Below are positions 38,701 through 48,695 of a DNA stretch of 64,000 nt, piece by piece. This DNA comes from Ruminococcus sp. (GTDB lineage: Bacteria > Bacillota > Clostridia > Oscillospirales > Acutalibacteraceae). The stretch covers positions 8,426-72,425 of the forward strand of contig JAZUOM010000001.1 of the NCBI GenBank assembly GCA_045604645.1. Reading direction: 5' to 3'. Position 1 is the first letter of the stretch; each line of letters starts with the position of its first letter. The notes below the pieces were generated by a model. It searched no databases and was not told the origin of the DNA. It saw only the letters and a list, made by a program, of their open reading frames with translations. Position numbers and translations under genes: made by a program.

Positions 38701-39174
38701 TTATCTTCTGCCGGAGCCATTGCCTCTACGGCTGTAGCCACGGCTTTCACCACGTTTTAAGTCAGACATCTTGTCTTCGCTGGTTTTCTTGAATTTACTC
38801 ATCATATCTTCAAAAGAGCCGGCACCCCCCTGAGTGCTTTGCCACTCAAAATCAGGTGGGGATGTAACCTTTGGAGCAGGAGTGTATTTTCTTTGTGGTC
38901 TTTGCGTGAACTCACGCCTTTGCCTTGGTTTATTATCAGGCTCTTGTGTCTGCTTTATAGACAAAGCAAGTTTGCCGTCATCCGCAATCGACAGCACCTT
39001 GCACTCAACCGCTTGTCCAATACTGAGTACCTTTGAAATATCCTCTACATAAGAGCGAGATATTTCAGAAATATGTACCATACCCTTGTCGCCGCCTTCG
39101 ATTTCAACAAAAGCGCCGAATTTTGTGATGCCTGTAACTTTTCCTTTTACAATTGTGCCTACCGTCTGTGACAT
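38701..39174 (-). CDS. S1 RNA-binding domain protein (YabR/YugI-like)
   Basis: GKVTGITKFGAFV, GMVHISE, LSIK, SFEDMMSKFKK.SEDK. Confidence 0.92.
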   Translation of the reverse strand: MSQTVGTIVKGKVTGITKFGAFVEIEGGDKGMVHISEISRSYVEDISKVLSIGQAVECKVLSIADDGKLALSIKQTQEPDNKPRQRREFTQRPQRKYTPAPKVTSPPDFEWQSTQGGAGSFEDMMSKFKKTSEDKMSDLKRGESRGYSRRGNGSGRR

Positions 39175-39207
39175 TAGTAATTTGTACCCCTTGTTTTTAA
39201 TATATAT

Positions 39208-39522
39208 TTAGTCTCCTGAAACGTTTACAAAAACACGCTCACCTTGTCTTATGTAATCAAGGTCCTCACGTGCAATTTGTTCCATATATTCAGAAAATTC
39301 CTCGTCAGAGGAGTTGTATAGGCTACTCATTTCATCATTTTTGATTTCCTGTATAGTGATTTCGCTGTTAATCTCGTTGAGCTCGTTCTTCTTGTCACCA
39401 ATCTGTGAATAAAGGTTTACAAGCGTAACGACAGAGTAAACAGCAAAAAACAGTATCACAACGCACAATATCACATATCGCAAAAAAGATGGTTTTTTAT
39501 TTGATTCTTTTTTTGTGCTCAT
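39208..39522 (-). CDS. divIC: Septum formation initiator DivIC/FtsB
   Basis: Single TM, coiled coil, EQIARE.L.Y...GERVF; position after yabQ. Confidence 0.85.
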   Translation of the reverse strand: MSTKKESNKKPSFLRYVILCVVILFFAVYSVVTLVNLYSQIGDKKNELNEINSEITIQEIKNDEMSSLYNSSDEEFSEYMEQIAREDLDYIRQGERVFVNVSGD

Positions 39523-39973
39523 AAAACTTCCTTTTTCCAAACACTATATTTTGTATTTTATTTATTACTACACATACATTATACACTACAATTCTGTATG
39601 CTTTCAAGAGTTTATTTAAAAAAACAAGCACATATTTCAAAGTTTTTTTAAGTATTTTTGAAAAAATTGTGATTAAAAAGGTGTAAACCTTGCCCATAAG
39701 CTCGCCCAAGGTGAATCTGTAGACAATAAATCCAACCGCCTCGCCAAATACCACAAAGTATCGCACACCACCATTATTAAACGGTAGCGCAAACAAAACA
39801 GTCAGAAATCCGCACAAAGAAAAGTACAACACATCAGAAAGCACAATCTGCCACAACTTATTAAAACCTGAAATACGCAGGATTCTTACGCAATCATAAA
39901 GTATGGATAATGCAGCACCAAAAAGCAAGGAAAACAGAAAATATATGGTCTGGTCAGCAAGTGAAAATTCCAT
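39497..39973 (-). CDS. yabQ: Spore cortex biosynthesis protein YabQ
   Basis: Q...F..S...G....LYD..R..R, SDVLY, N.G.VR.F, synteny with yabP. Confidence 0.85.
   Translation of the reverse strand: MEFSLADQTIYFLFSLLFGAALSILYDCVRILRISGFNKLWQIVLSDVLYFSLCGFLTVLFALPFNNGGVRYFVVFGEAVGFIVYRFTLGELMGKVYTFLITIFSKILKKTLKYVLVFLNKLLKAYRIVVYNVCVVINKIQNIVFGKRKFYEHKKRIK
39578..39607 (-). promoter_or_regulatory. Putative internal sigma-A promoter for divIC within yabQ
   Basis: TTGAAA-N18-TATAAT ~55 nt before divIC start. Confidence 0.5.
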
Positions 39974-39978
39974 ACAAG

Positions 39979-40251
39979 TTACCTGAAAAGCTTTGACTTT
40001 ATATTCTTTTGAGTGTTGTTTAAATACTGCAACGAGCTGATATTTCCATCAACGCATACATCTTTTGATTCAAGATTAAGTTTATTAATATGCAGTGCAG
40101 TACCTTTCACTATAAGCGAGCCATAATCAGTCTGCAGGCTGACTGTCTGTTCATCAAAACCAATCACATCATTTATCCCTGTTAGCGTCAACGATGAGCG
40201 GTTGTCAAGGATAAGAGAGTGTGATGCTGCATTTACACGTTGTTCAGGCAT
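39979..40251 (-). CDS. yabP: Sporulation protein YabP
   Basis: HSL.L.NR..L.LTG..DV..FDE, T..G.L..KG..LHI.KL.LE. Confidence 0.93.
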   Translation of the reverse strand: MPEQRVNAASHSLILDNRSSLTLTGINDVIGFDEQTVSLQTDYGSLIVKGTALHINKLNLESKDVCVDGNISSLQYLNNTQKNIKSKLFR

Positions 40252-40256
40252 AAAAT

Positions 40257-40307
40257 AACCTCCATATACTACTGGTTAATTATATGGAGGCTAAACAGTA
40301 TTTATGA
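40257..40307 (-). promoter_or_regulatory. Sigma-E promoter of yabP overlapping an RBS-sequestering hairpin
   Basis: TCATAAA(40301-40307)-N14-CATATAAT(40279-40286); stem agcctccatata/tatatggaggtt contains the GGAGG RBS. Confidence 0.7.
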
Positions 40308-40308
40308 T

Positions 40309-40548
40309 TTATACAGAAGTGTACATTGAAGAAGCGTCTTCTTTTTTTATCACTTCGTTAACAGAGACAACCTTGACTTTTATACTGCGGGTGTCAAAGT
40401 TAATCTCAATTACATCGTCAATTTTTACATCATACGAAGCACGGACAACTTTTCCGTTGACAGATACTTTGCCCGCGTCACAAACCTCGTTTGCAACCGT
40501 GCGTCGTTTGATAATTCGTGATACTTTAAGGTATTTATCTATTCTCAT
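40309..40548 (-). CDS. yabO: S4 RNA-binding domain protein YabO/RqcP
   Basis: MRIDKYLKVSRIIKRRTVANE.C..G.V..NG. Confidence 0.93.
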   Translation of the reverse strand: MRIDKYLKVSRIIKRRTVANEVCDAGKVSVNGKVVRASYDVKIDDVIEINFDTRSIKVKVVSVNEVIKKEDASSMYTSV

Positions 40549-40570
40549 ATTTTACTCCAAAACAAAAAGC

Positions 40571-40595
40571 AAAAAGCCGACATAAGTCGGCTTTT
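40571..40595 (-). terminator. Terminator after hup
   Basis: aaaagccgac-loop-gtcggctttt followed by U-rich tail on minus strand. Confidence 0.78.
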
Positions 40596-40608
40596 ACTCA
40601 AAGAAAAA

Positions 40609-40884
40609 TTACTTATTAACAGCGTCCTTGAAAGCCTTACCAGCTTTGAATGCAGGAACCTTAGAAGCAGGGATTTCGATTGTCTCGTTTGTTCTTGGGT
40701 TGCAACCTGTTCTAGCGTTTCTGTCTCTTCTCTCGAATGTGCCAAAGCCAACGAGCTGAATCTTGTCGCCAGCAGCAACAGCGTCTACGATTACGTCAAA
40801 TGTAGCAGCAACTGCTTTCTCAGCATCTTTCTTAGATAAGTTTGCTTTTTCTGCAACAGCAGCGATAAGTTCTGTCTTTTTCAT
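40609..40884 (-). CDS. hup: Histone-like DNA-binding protein HU
   Basis: MKKTELI, GFGTF, R.G.NP.T, PAFKAGK; GGAGG RBS. Confidence 0.97.
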   Translation of the reverse strand: MKKTELIAAVAEKANLSKKDAEKAVAATFDVIVDAVAAGDKIQLVGFGTFERRDRNARTGCNPRTNETIEIPASKVPAFKAGKAFKDAVNK

Positions 40885-40925
40885 AAAAATTTCCTCCAAA
40901 AATTTGTGAATGAATTATTCACCTT

Positions 40926-41711
40926 TTATTTAACTTCATCCCAAAGGGAATCAAGTACCGAAATTGGTGCTTCAGCCATATTGATAGAACGCTCATTACA
41001 CAGTTGTTCCACCTTACTGAAGCGATCTGTAAACTTGACAGTAGCATCGTATAGTGCTTTTTCACTGTCAACTTTGATAAAGCGTGCTACATTGACAACA
41101 GAGAAAAGCAAATCGCCAAGCTCTTCGCTCATATTATCCACATCGTCATTAGCAACAGCGGTTTTAAGTTCAGCAAGTTCCTCGCTGACCTTGTCAAAAG
41201 CATCGTCGGTTTTTTCAAAATCAAAACCAACTTTAGCAGCTTTGTGCTGAATTTTCTGGCTATACATCAAAGCAGGAAGCGACTTAGAAACAGATGCGAG
41301 CACCTGCGACTGGGTCTTTTGTGATTTAGTGTCCATCTTAATCTTGTCCCAGTTTTTGAGCACCTCATCAGCAGTATCAGCGATAGTGTCAGAAAAAACA
41401 TGAGGGTGACGAACAATGAGTTTCTTGCACACAGCGTCACATACATCGTTGATGTCAAAAGAGCCGACCTCTTCTTCCATAATAGTGTGGAAGATAACCT
41501 GCATCATAACATCGCCGAGTTCTTCTTTTAACAGCTCTGTATCGCATGTATCAATCGCTTCGATAGCCTCGTAAGTTTCTTCGATAAAGTTTTGTCTTAT
41601 TGATTGGTGTGTCTGAACTTTGTCCCACGGACATCCGTCAGGAGAGCGCAAAATCTTCATGATTTGAACCAAATCGTTAAAGTTGTATTCGCTCTTTCTT
41701 TCAAAGTTCAA
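40926..41711 (-). CDS. mazG: Nucleoside triphosphate pyrophosphohydrolase MazG
   Basis: LR...GCPWD..QT, EETYE, EELGD twice, RHPHVF; lacks the N-terminal methylase domain of Bacillus YabN. Confidence 0.93.
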   Translation of the reverse strand: MNFERKSEYNFNDLVQIMKILRSPDGCPWDKVQTHQSIRQNFIEETYEAIEAIDTCDTELLKEELGDVMMQVIFHTIMEEEVGSFDINDVCDAVCKKLIVRHPHVFSDTIADTADEVLKNWDKIKMDTKSQKTQSQVLASVSKSLPALMYSQKIQHKAAKVGFDFEKTDDAFDKVSEELAELKTAVANDDVDNMSEELGDLLFSVVNVARFIKVDSEKALYDATVKFTDRFSKVEQLCNERSINMAEAPISVLDSLWDEVK

Positions 41712-41766
41712 AGGTTACACCTCCATACACAAAAAATGTCGAAAAATCGCTTTATTATCACATATT

Positions 41767-43557
41767 TTACCTTAATAGGTGAAGTTTTGCAAGAATTGTT
41801 ACAACATTGTTGCCTTTTGGGAGCATTTTAACCTCATTTTCAGTAAAAGTATGCATCAAAAGTAACGAAATTATATAAAAAGTTGCCGCAACCACTATAC
41901 TTATCAGTGTTGCATAAGTATTTGACATAAAGTTTGAGATCAGCTCATATGAAATATACGCCGCTACACCGCAGATAATTGAAGAAAACAGCGGTTTTAA
42001 GGTTGTGTTCATAAAATCAGGCACAACACCTGAGCTCTTTATCAGATAATACATACCAACTATGCACACAAACAGGAATGCCACAAGCGAACCTACTGCA
42101 CCACCAACGATGTTGATGCTGACGATATTTACAAGTGCAAAGTTTGTGATAAGTTTTAAAACCATTGCTATTGAGTACAATTTCAGCGGCATACTGACCT
42201 TGCCCACACCCTGCAGCATACTGCAGATCGGTGTGCTTACTGCAACAACAATAACTGACATACCCATAACTCTCAGCACATCAGCCGCTACCACAGCAAC
42301 ATAGCCGTCATATAGCAACGAAATGATAGGATATGGAAGTGCAAACATACCAATACCTGCAGGTAAAGTCACAAGCATTGTGAGTTTTAAAACAGTTTCG
42401 ATTGAAGTTTTGAGTTCTTTTTTGTCGCCTTTTGTATATGCGTTGGTAACAGATGGCATAGCACTTGTACCAAACACCTGTGTAACTGCCGTAATAAGCT
42501 GCATAACAGTAAGCGCACAACTGAACGCACCCATCAGATAGGTGTGAATTGTGATTGGGTTAGCATCGGTTGGATTTTTAGGAATATGGGTATCCAGATT
42601 GCCATTAAACTGAGCAAGCAGAGCGTCGCCATTTGTTTGTGCCATATTGTAAAGAACCTTTTGAATAACAATAGTGTCAATACTTGAGCTGACACTCATT
42701 ACAATAGCGGCAAGTCCGATAGGAATTGCGGTTTTCACCAGTTTGCTAAAGGTTTCTCTGCGGCTTCTTGCTTCTACAGAGTTTTCAAAATACTCTTCCG
42801 GAATAGAATTACTTTTGCGTTTATATATGATTTTTAACGCAATATATGAGAAGAATCCGCCTAGTGAAATAGCAAATATAGCACTTGCAACCGAAAAGCC
42901 TATGAGCGTATACATAGCGTCTTTTTCTGATGTAAATGTAAGTCCGAATATAGTATTAGTTGCCTGATACTGAGAAATACCGACCTTCATTACGATATAA
43001 GCCAGAGAAAGACCTATAATCATCTTGACGCAGGCTTCTATAATCTCAGACAAGGCTGTAGGGACCATATTTCGCTGTCCCTCAAAATAACCTCTGTATA
43101 TCGAAACAAGGCATCCAAAAAAGATAGATGGAGCCAAAGTCATCAACGAATAAATAGAATATGGTGAGTTTACAATATCAACATACACAAAGCTGATGCC
43201 GATCATCAACGAAAAACTTATCAAGCCCAGAATAACAAAAAACGGCTTTGACACTTTATGTATCATACGCACATCTTTGTATCGTTTTTCGGCTATGCTC
43301 TCGGATATTAATCGTGAAACCGCTATCGGAAAGCCCGCTGTTGCTAGAGTAAACAGCGGTATATATATTTCGTATGCATTAGAAAAAATGCCGGTACCGA
43401 TGCCGGCGTATTCGTCACCAAACATCGAGTAGATTTTTGTGAGCATAATTTTGTAAACCATACCACACAGTTTTACAATAATCATACTGATACTCAGCAC
43501 AGCGGCTCCTTTTAAGAAGGTTTGTGAGCCGCTTTTGTTCACATTGTCGTTACGCAT
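41767..43557 (-). CDS. MOP-family polysaccharide biosynthesis/flippase protein (YabM/SpoVB-like)
   Basis: FLKGA.VL, G.P.AVSR, RGYFEG, PTA.S.I.E; multiple TMs; synteny with mazG-hup-yabO. Confidence 0.85.
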   Translation of the reverse strand: MRNDNVNKSGSQTFLKGAAVLSISMIIVKLCGMVYKIMLTKIYSMFGDEYAGIGTGIFSNAYEIYIPLFTLATAGFPIAVSRLISESIAEKRYKDVRMIHKVSKPFFVILGLISFSLMIGISFVYVDIVNSPYSIYSLMTLAPSIFFGCLVSIYRGYFEGQRNMVPTALSEIIEACVKMIIGLSLAYIVMKVGISQYQATNTIFGLTFTSEKDAMYTLIGFSVASAIFAISLGGFFSYIALKIIYKRKSNSIPEEYFENSVEARSRRETFSKLVKTAIPIGLAAIVMSVSSSIDTIVIQKVLYNMAQTNGDALLAQFNGNLDTHIPKNPTDANPITIHTYLMGAFSCALTVMQLITAVTQVFGTSAMPSVTNAYTKGDKKELKTSIETVLKLTMLVTLPAGIGMFALPYPIISLLYDGYVAVVAADVLRVMGMSVIVVAVSTPICSMLQGVGKVSMPLKLYSIAMVLKLITNFALVNIVSINIVGGAVGSLVAFLFVCIVGMYYLIKSSGVVPDFMNTTLKPLFSSIICGVAAYISYELISNFMSNTYATLISIVVAATFYIISLLLMHTFTENEVKMLPKGNNVVTILAKLHLLR

Positions 43558-43574
43558 AAAATATCTCCGTTACA

Positions 43575-43931
43575 TCAGAATTTAGAGCCACAATCAGCAC
43601 AGAAAGGCTTTTCCTTATTCTGTGTTGCACCGCACACAGGACAACGTTTCAGCTTTTTTGCGTCATCAATTTGCCCTACAATACTATTGTACTGTACATA
43701 CAACTCATCCAAGGCAGAAATCTCCTGCTCAACATTGCTGACACAAAAAGCATCATCCTTTGATAAATTATAGTACTTCTTACCAATAGATATGAAGTTT
43801 TTCTGAATATCAGATGCTATACGCTGTTTGATAGTCTTAAGCTTTGCAATATCATACACATCACAGGCTTTTTGTTCTGCTTTGTGTGCTACTGCTTTTG
43901 CGTTAACCAAAAAATCTCTGAACATTCCCAT
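43575..43931 (-). CDS. Hypothetical protein with C-terminal zinc ribbon
   Basis: Helical N-terminus; CPVC...FCADCG; AAGGAG RBS before ATG 43931. Confidence 0.75.
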   Translation of the reverse strand: MGMFRDFLVNAKAVAHKAEQKACDVYDIAKLKTIKQRIASDIQKNFISIGKKYYNLSKDDAFCVSNVEQEISALDELYVQYNSIVGQIDDAKKLKRCPVCGATQNKEKPFCADCGSKF

Positions 43932-43965
43932 TGTGAACACTCCTTAATATGTATATGTTTGTTAA

Positions 43966-45417
43966 CTAATCTTTGAAATATTTGCTGTAAAAATCTTGTA
44001 TACTGTTTTTTCTGGCGATAAGTTCGTCAAAGCGTGTGATATATTCATACGGAAATTTAAAATTGAAAATCCGCTCAAGTTTATCACTACTGTAATCTTT
44101 GAGTTTAGTGACAGCGCCCGCACCGCATGCAAGTATTGAATGTGTTTCGTCCATTACATAAACATTGTATAGACTTTCGCACCCTTTCTTTGACCAGCCG
44201 ACGTTTTCAAGATTTCCTGCCATACGGCTTTGTCTGTACAGATAGTATGGCACAAAATCGTTAGAAAACAGCACATTCTGAGCATAGAAAAGCATATCTG
44301 ACGCTTCGTTTTTGATACCGATATCAATTTTAATATTTTCGGTATTAAGTGTTGAGCTTCGTTTGAGCGCCAACGTATGTATAGTGATGCTTTCAGGGTT
44401 GAGCTGTAATATACTGTCAAGAGTATTGCAAAAGCTGTTATAGTTGTCACCCTTGAGCCCTGCAATAAGGTCCATATTTATGTTATCAAAACCACACTCG
44501 CGTGCCAATTTAAATGCATCTATAGCATCTTGTGCACTGTGGTGTCTGCCAATGATTTTGAGCACCTCGTCATTTAATGTCTGTGGATTGATGCTGATTC
44601 GTGTGACGTTGTTTTTCTTTATCACTAAAAGTTTGTCCTGTGTGATAGTGTCAGGTCTGCCCGCTTCGACAGTAAACTCACGGCAAGTGGACATATCAAA
44701 GTACTTGTTGACAGTAGACAACACCATATCCATTTGCTGTGGTGTAAGTGTGGTTGGTGTACCGCCACCCATATATACTGTCTCAAGTTTTAATTTGAGC
44801 TTATTTGCTATTTTTGCGGTTTCCTTTAACTCCTTGCACAACAGTTCTACATATTGAGGTATCAAGTGCTTTGCTTTTTCGATAGACTGAGATACAAACG
44901 AACAGTAATTACATCTTGACGGACAAAAAGGAATTGATATATAAAGCGAAAACGAGTTTTTCTTAGAAAGAGACAAAATCTCGCGCTCGGCTTTCTGGGT
45001 TACTGATGCAAGAGCGAGTTTTTTGTCTGAAACCATAAGTTCGTTTTTAAAATACTCTTTTGCTTTGTCTGCCCCGTTACAATCAATCAACCTGCGTAAA
45101 AGTTTGATTGGTCGCACACCTGTGAGTACACCCCAAGGCAAAGTAGTGTCAAAAAGCTCGCACAAAAGCCTGTACATCAACTGAGCCATAATCAACTCGT
45201 CGTTTTTTTCATCGCCTGTTTTGTGTTGTGTCAGTTTTTTTGAAAAACCATCAAAAGAAACTGTAACACTGATATCGTCACTATATGATGTTAAAATATA
45301 TGGCTTATGCAAAGTTTTATATTCTTTTGTAACGGTAATCTTTTCGTACGGGAAAAAGGCACGTGCCAGATTTTCCATTTCGTAATGAAAAGAATGATTG
45401 TCAATATACAGATTCAT
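43966..45417 (-). CDS. hemZ: HemZ-like radical SAM protein
   Basis: PWGVLTGVRP.K, IPFCPSRCNYCSF, GGGTPT, VEAGRPDT, PYYLYRQ. Confidence 0.9.
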   Translation of the reverse strand: MNLYIDNHSFHYEMENLARAFFPYEKITVTKEYKTLHKPYILTSYSDDISVTVSFDGFSKKLTQHKTGDEKNDELIMAQLMYRLLCELFDTTLPWGVLTGVRPIKLLRRLIDCNGADKAKEYFKNELMVSDKKLALASVTQKAEREILSLSKKNSFSLYISIPFCPSRCNYCSFVSQSIEKAKHLIPQYVELLCKELKETAKIANKLKLKLETVYMGGGTPTTLTPQQMDMVLSTVNKYFDMSTCREFTVEAGRPDTITQDKLLVIKKNNVTRISINPQTLNDEVLKIIGRHHSAQDAIDAFKLARECGFDNINMDLIAGLKGDNYNSFCNTLDSILQLNPESITIHTLALKRSSTLNTENIKIDIGIKNEASDMLFYAQNVLFSNDFVPYYLYRQSRMAGNLENVGWSKKGCESLYNVYVMDETHSILACGAGAVTKLKDYSSDKLERIFNFKFPYEYITRFDELIARKNSIQDFYSKYFKD

Positions 45418-45423
45418 AACTAT

Positions 45424-46044
45424 TTATCTTAAATAAGGATTATACTTTTTCTCAGTTTCAAGTGTCGTTAAAATATCGTGACCCGGATAAACTGTGTACT
45501 CTCCATCTATCATGGCGAGTTTTTTGAGTGACTGCATCATCATAGCAGGACTTGATGTTGGAAAATCGGTTCTGCCGATAGACCTGCAAAAAAGAGTGTC
45601 GCCTGAAAAAATACAGTCATCAACTATAAAGCATCCGCTACCCAAAGTGTGACCCGGAGTAACAATAAATGTGATTTTTGTATCGCCTAAATACAGTTTG
45701 TCGCCATCACAAAGTTTTACATCAACATCTATACTGTCGATATGCATATCATGCCACGCAGAGCCGTTGAGTTGCGGCGTGTTTAAAAGCTCAAGTTCGC
45801 TCTCACTGATACACACCTCTGGCGTAAAATTTTCGAGCAGGCATTTCACCCCGCCTATATGGTCAAAATGGCCGTGTGTAAGCAAAATATACTTTAGTTT
45901 TCCACCAAGCTTGTTGACAGTATCAATAAGCTCACTACTCTCTGTTGCAGGGTCAATTACAGCAAGCTCACCGCTGCTAATGTCCTTTACAACATAGGTA
46001 TTAGTGTAAATATCGCCTAAAACAAGTGTTTTTACAGTAATCAT
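45424..46044 (-). CDS. MBL-fold metallo-hydrolase (glyoxalase II-like)
   Basis: THGHFDH, TPGHT.G, SGDTLF..SIGRTD, YPGH. Confidence 0.93.
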   Translation of the reverse strand: MITVKTLVLGDIYTNTYVVKDISSGELAVIDPATESSELIDTVNKLGGKLKYILLTHGHFDHIGGVKCLLENFTPEVCISESELELLNTPQLNGSAWHDMHIDSIDVDVKLCDGDKLYLGDTKITFIVTPGHTLGSGCFIVDDCIFSGDTLFCRSIGRTDFPTSSPAMMMQSLKKLAMIDGEYTVYPGHDILTTLETEKKYNPYLR

Positions 46045-46496
46045 CTAATAAGCTCCTTACTGTCAAGCAATATAGTAACAGGTCCGTCGTTTAACAGCGA
46101 CACCTTCATATCAGCACCAAAAATGCCTTTTTTTACATTTTCTATGCCGTCAGATTTAATTCTTTTGCAGAAATATTCATATAATTCATCAGCTATATCA
46201 GGCGCACCTGCATTTACAAAGCTCGGACGTCTGCCTTTTTTGCAATCTGCCAAAAGTGTGAACTGTGAAACAACAAGTACACTGCCACAAGTATCAATAA
46301 GTGACAGGTTCATTTTTCCGTTTTCGTCCTCAAAAACGCGCAGATTAGCGATTTTTTTAGACAACACATCGGCATCTTCTTTTGTGTCATCATTTGTAAC
46401 GCCCAGCAAAACAAGAAAACCATTTTCGATTTTTGATACAAGCTCGTTATCTACAACAACCTGTGCGTGTGTTACACGCTGTAAAACTGCTTTCAT
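46041..46496 (-). CDS. dtd: D-aminoacyl-tRNA deacylase
   Basis: QRV, SQFTL, GRRPSF, FGADM.V.L.NDGPVT. Confidence 0.97.
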   Translation of the reverse strand: MKAVLQRVTHAQVVVDNELVSKIENGFLVLLGVTNDDTKEDADVLSKKIANLRVFEDENGKMNLSLIDTCGSVLVVSQFTLLADCKKGRRPSFVNAGAPDIADELYEYFCKRIKSDGIENVKKGIFGADMKVSLLNDGPVTILLDSKELIR

Positions 46497-46505
46497 TGTT
46501 ACCTC

Positions 46506-48695
46506 TTAGTGTCGTGTAATTGAAATAATACCATTGATTGTGGCAAGTCTTGCCATAACAGAGCGAAGATGATCCATACCGTTGACGTCGATATTAGCGG
46601 ACACAACCGCCCTGTCATCAGGTAATTCTCTGGAATTGAGCACATGGATGTAAATATGCATTGACGATAGCATATTTGTAACATCAGCAAGTAAACCTGT
46701 ACGGTCCTTTGCAACAATCTCAAGTGTAGACTGAAATGTTTCTTTGATGTCGCTTTCCCAATGTGCTGCTACCCAACGCTGTGGCTCTTCGCTAGTAGCG
46801 ATATCCTCAGGCACGTTTGTACAACTGCGCTTGTGGATAGAAACGCCAAAACCACGGGTAATAAAACCGATAATATCGTCACCTGGTAGTGGATTACAAC
46901 AACGGGAGAACTTGATAAGACAATCCTGTACACCCTCAACAGTCACACCGGAACCGACACGCTTTTTGCGCACAGGTTGCGAGGTTTCTTTTGGGGTATC
47001 CGGTTCAATGTCTTTTTTGTACTTTTTGATATAAGCGTCCTTGACTCGTGGCATAATCTTCCACAGTTGAGTACCGCCATAACCAATAGATGCAAAAAGG
47101 TCGTCTACTGTGTTGCAATGCTGACGCTGCATAATAGCGGACAGGCACTCTTCGAGGTCTTTTTCCTCAAATTGCATACCGGCTTTTTTGAGTTCTTTTT
47201 CAAATTCTGCTCTACCCTGAATAATATTTTCTTCTCTGCGTTCTTTTTTAAACCATGAGCGGATTTTTGCTTTTGCCTGATTGGTTTTTACGATATTAAG
47301 CCAGTCACGCTTTGGACCTGTGCCTTCTTTTTGAGTCAGAATCTCGACAATCTCACCGGTTTTGACCTGATAATCAATAGGCACTATTCGCATATCAACC
47401 TTTGCACCAACCATACGGTTACCTACGGCTGTATGGATAGCATATGCCATATCAATTACTGTTGCGCCAACAGGCAGACCAATGACATCTCCTCGTGGTG
47501 TGAACACATAAACCTCGTTAGGTGAAAGGTCGTTTTTGATGGTTTTTACAATATCTGTAGCGTCATCTGTTTCAGATTGAATTTCAAGCGTTTTTCTGAT
47601 CCACGCAAGCCTGTCTTCGAGCGAATTTGACTTTGCGTTGTGCATACCGAGTTTGTATTTCCAGTGTGCCGCGATACCATACTCGGCAGTATGGTGCATC
47701 TCGTAGGTACGAATCTGTACTTCAAACGGAACGCTGTCTTTGTCAAAAACAGTAGTATGAAGCGATTGGTACATATTTGGCTTTGGAGTGGAGATATAAT
47801 CCTTGAATCGGTTTGGAAGCGGCGTGAAAATATCGTGTACTATACCAAGTACATTGTAGCAATCAGGAATAGAATCAACTATAACTCGTACTGCAAATAC
47901 GTCAAAAATCTGATCGAGGGTTTTGCCCTGCATATAGGTTTTTCGATAAATCGACAACGCGCTCTTGACTCTGCCGTTGATTTTAACGTGAGGAATCGAC
48001 CTGCCGATTTTTGCCATAATCTTCTGCTTTATGTTTTCGATAAACTCGTTACGTTGATTTTCGGTCAGTTTCAGCTCTGTCTCAATTTCTTCGTATGCTA
48101 TCGGGTCAAGGTAACGGATAGACAAATCCTCAAGCTCTTCCTTGATGTTTTTCATACCAAGACGGTGAGCGATTGGAGCATAAACTTCCATACATTCACG
48201 TGCTTTGTCCCTGCGTTTTTGTTCTGCAACACAGCCGATAGTACGCATATTGTGAAGTCTGTCAGCAAGCTTGACTATGATAACACGGATATCGTTTGAC
48301 ATAGCCATGAGCATTTTGCGGATGTTTTCAGCCTGATGCTCTTCCCTGTCGGTAAATTTAATCTTGCTGATTTTTGTAAGACCGTCAACAAGCAGAGCAA
48401 CATCGTCGCCAAACTTTTCTTTGACAACATCAAGAGAAATTTCAGTATCCTCGACAACGTCGTGCAAAAGTGCTGCGACAATAGCATCGGTATCCATCCC
48501 CATATCCGCAAGGATACAAGCAACAGATGTAGGATGAAGAATATACGGTACGCCCGATACACGTCGTTGGTCACCGTGGGCTTTGTCCGCAAACTCGTAC
48601 GCTTCTTCTATTTTTTTCTTGTCGTATTTAACTGTACTTTTTTTAATTTTAAATTTTAGTTCATCAAAATCCTGATAATGTATTCTTTCAGGCAA
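46506..48695 (-). CDS. relA: Bifunctional (p)ppGpp synthetase/hydrolase Rel
   Basis: PYILHP, HDVVEDT, KLADRLHNMRT, YQSLHT, EVQIRT, AAHWKYK, TGS, CC and ACT domains. Confidence 0.97.
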   Translation of the reverse strand: MPERIHYQDFDELKFKIKKSTVKYDKKKIEEAYEFADKAHGDQRRVSGVPYILHPTSVACILADMGMDTDAIVAALLHDVVEDTEISLDVVKEKFGDDVALLVDGLTKISKIKFTDREEHQAENIRKMLMAMSNDIRVIIVKLADRLHNMRTIGCVAEQKRRDKARECMEVYAPIAHRLGMKNIKEELEDLSIRYLDPIAYEEIETELKLTENQRNEFIENIKQKIMAKIGRSIPHVKINGRVKSALSIYRKTYMQGKTLDQIFDVFAVRVIVDSIPDCYNVLGIVHDIFTPLPNRFKDYISTPKPNMYQSLHTTVFDKDSVPFEVQIRTYEMHHTAEYGIAAHWKYKLGMHNAKSNSLEDRLAWIRKTLEIQSETDDATDIVKTIKNDLSPNEVYVFTPRGDVIGLPVGATVIDMAYAIHTAVGNRMVGAKVDMRIVPIDYQVKTGEIVEILTQKEGTGPKRDWLNIVKTNQAKAKIRSWFKKERREENIIQGRAEFEKELKKAGMQFEEKDLEECLSAIMQRQHCNTVDDLFASIGYGGTQLWKIMPRVKDAYIKKYKKDIEPDTPKETSQPVRKKRVGSGVTVEGVQDCLIKFSRCCNPLPGDDIIGFITRGFGVSIHKRSCTNVPEDIATSEEPQRWVAAHWESDIKETFQSTLEIVAKDRTGLLADVTNMLSSMHIYIHVLNSRELPDDRAVVSANIDVNGMDHLRSVMARLATINGIISITRH

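Noticed and set aside
47640-48299. 219-aa antisense ORF inside rel (and similar 100-160 aa shadow ORFs in recJ, recN, the Na/Pi transporter and the sugar transferase)
   Set aside because: Fully overlapped by well-conserved genes on the opposite strand; no recognisable protein features
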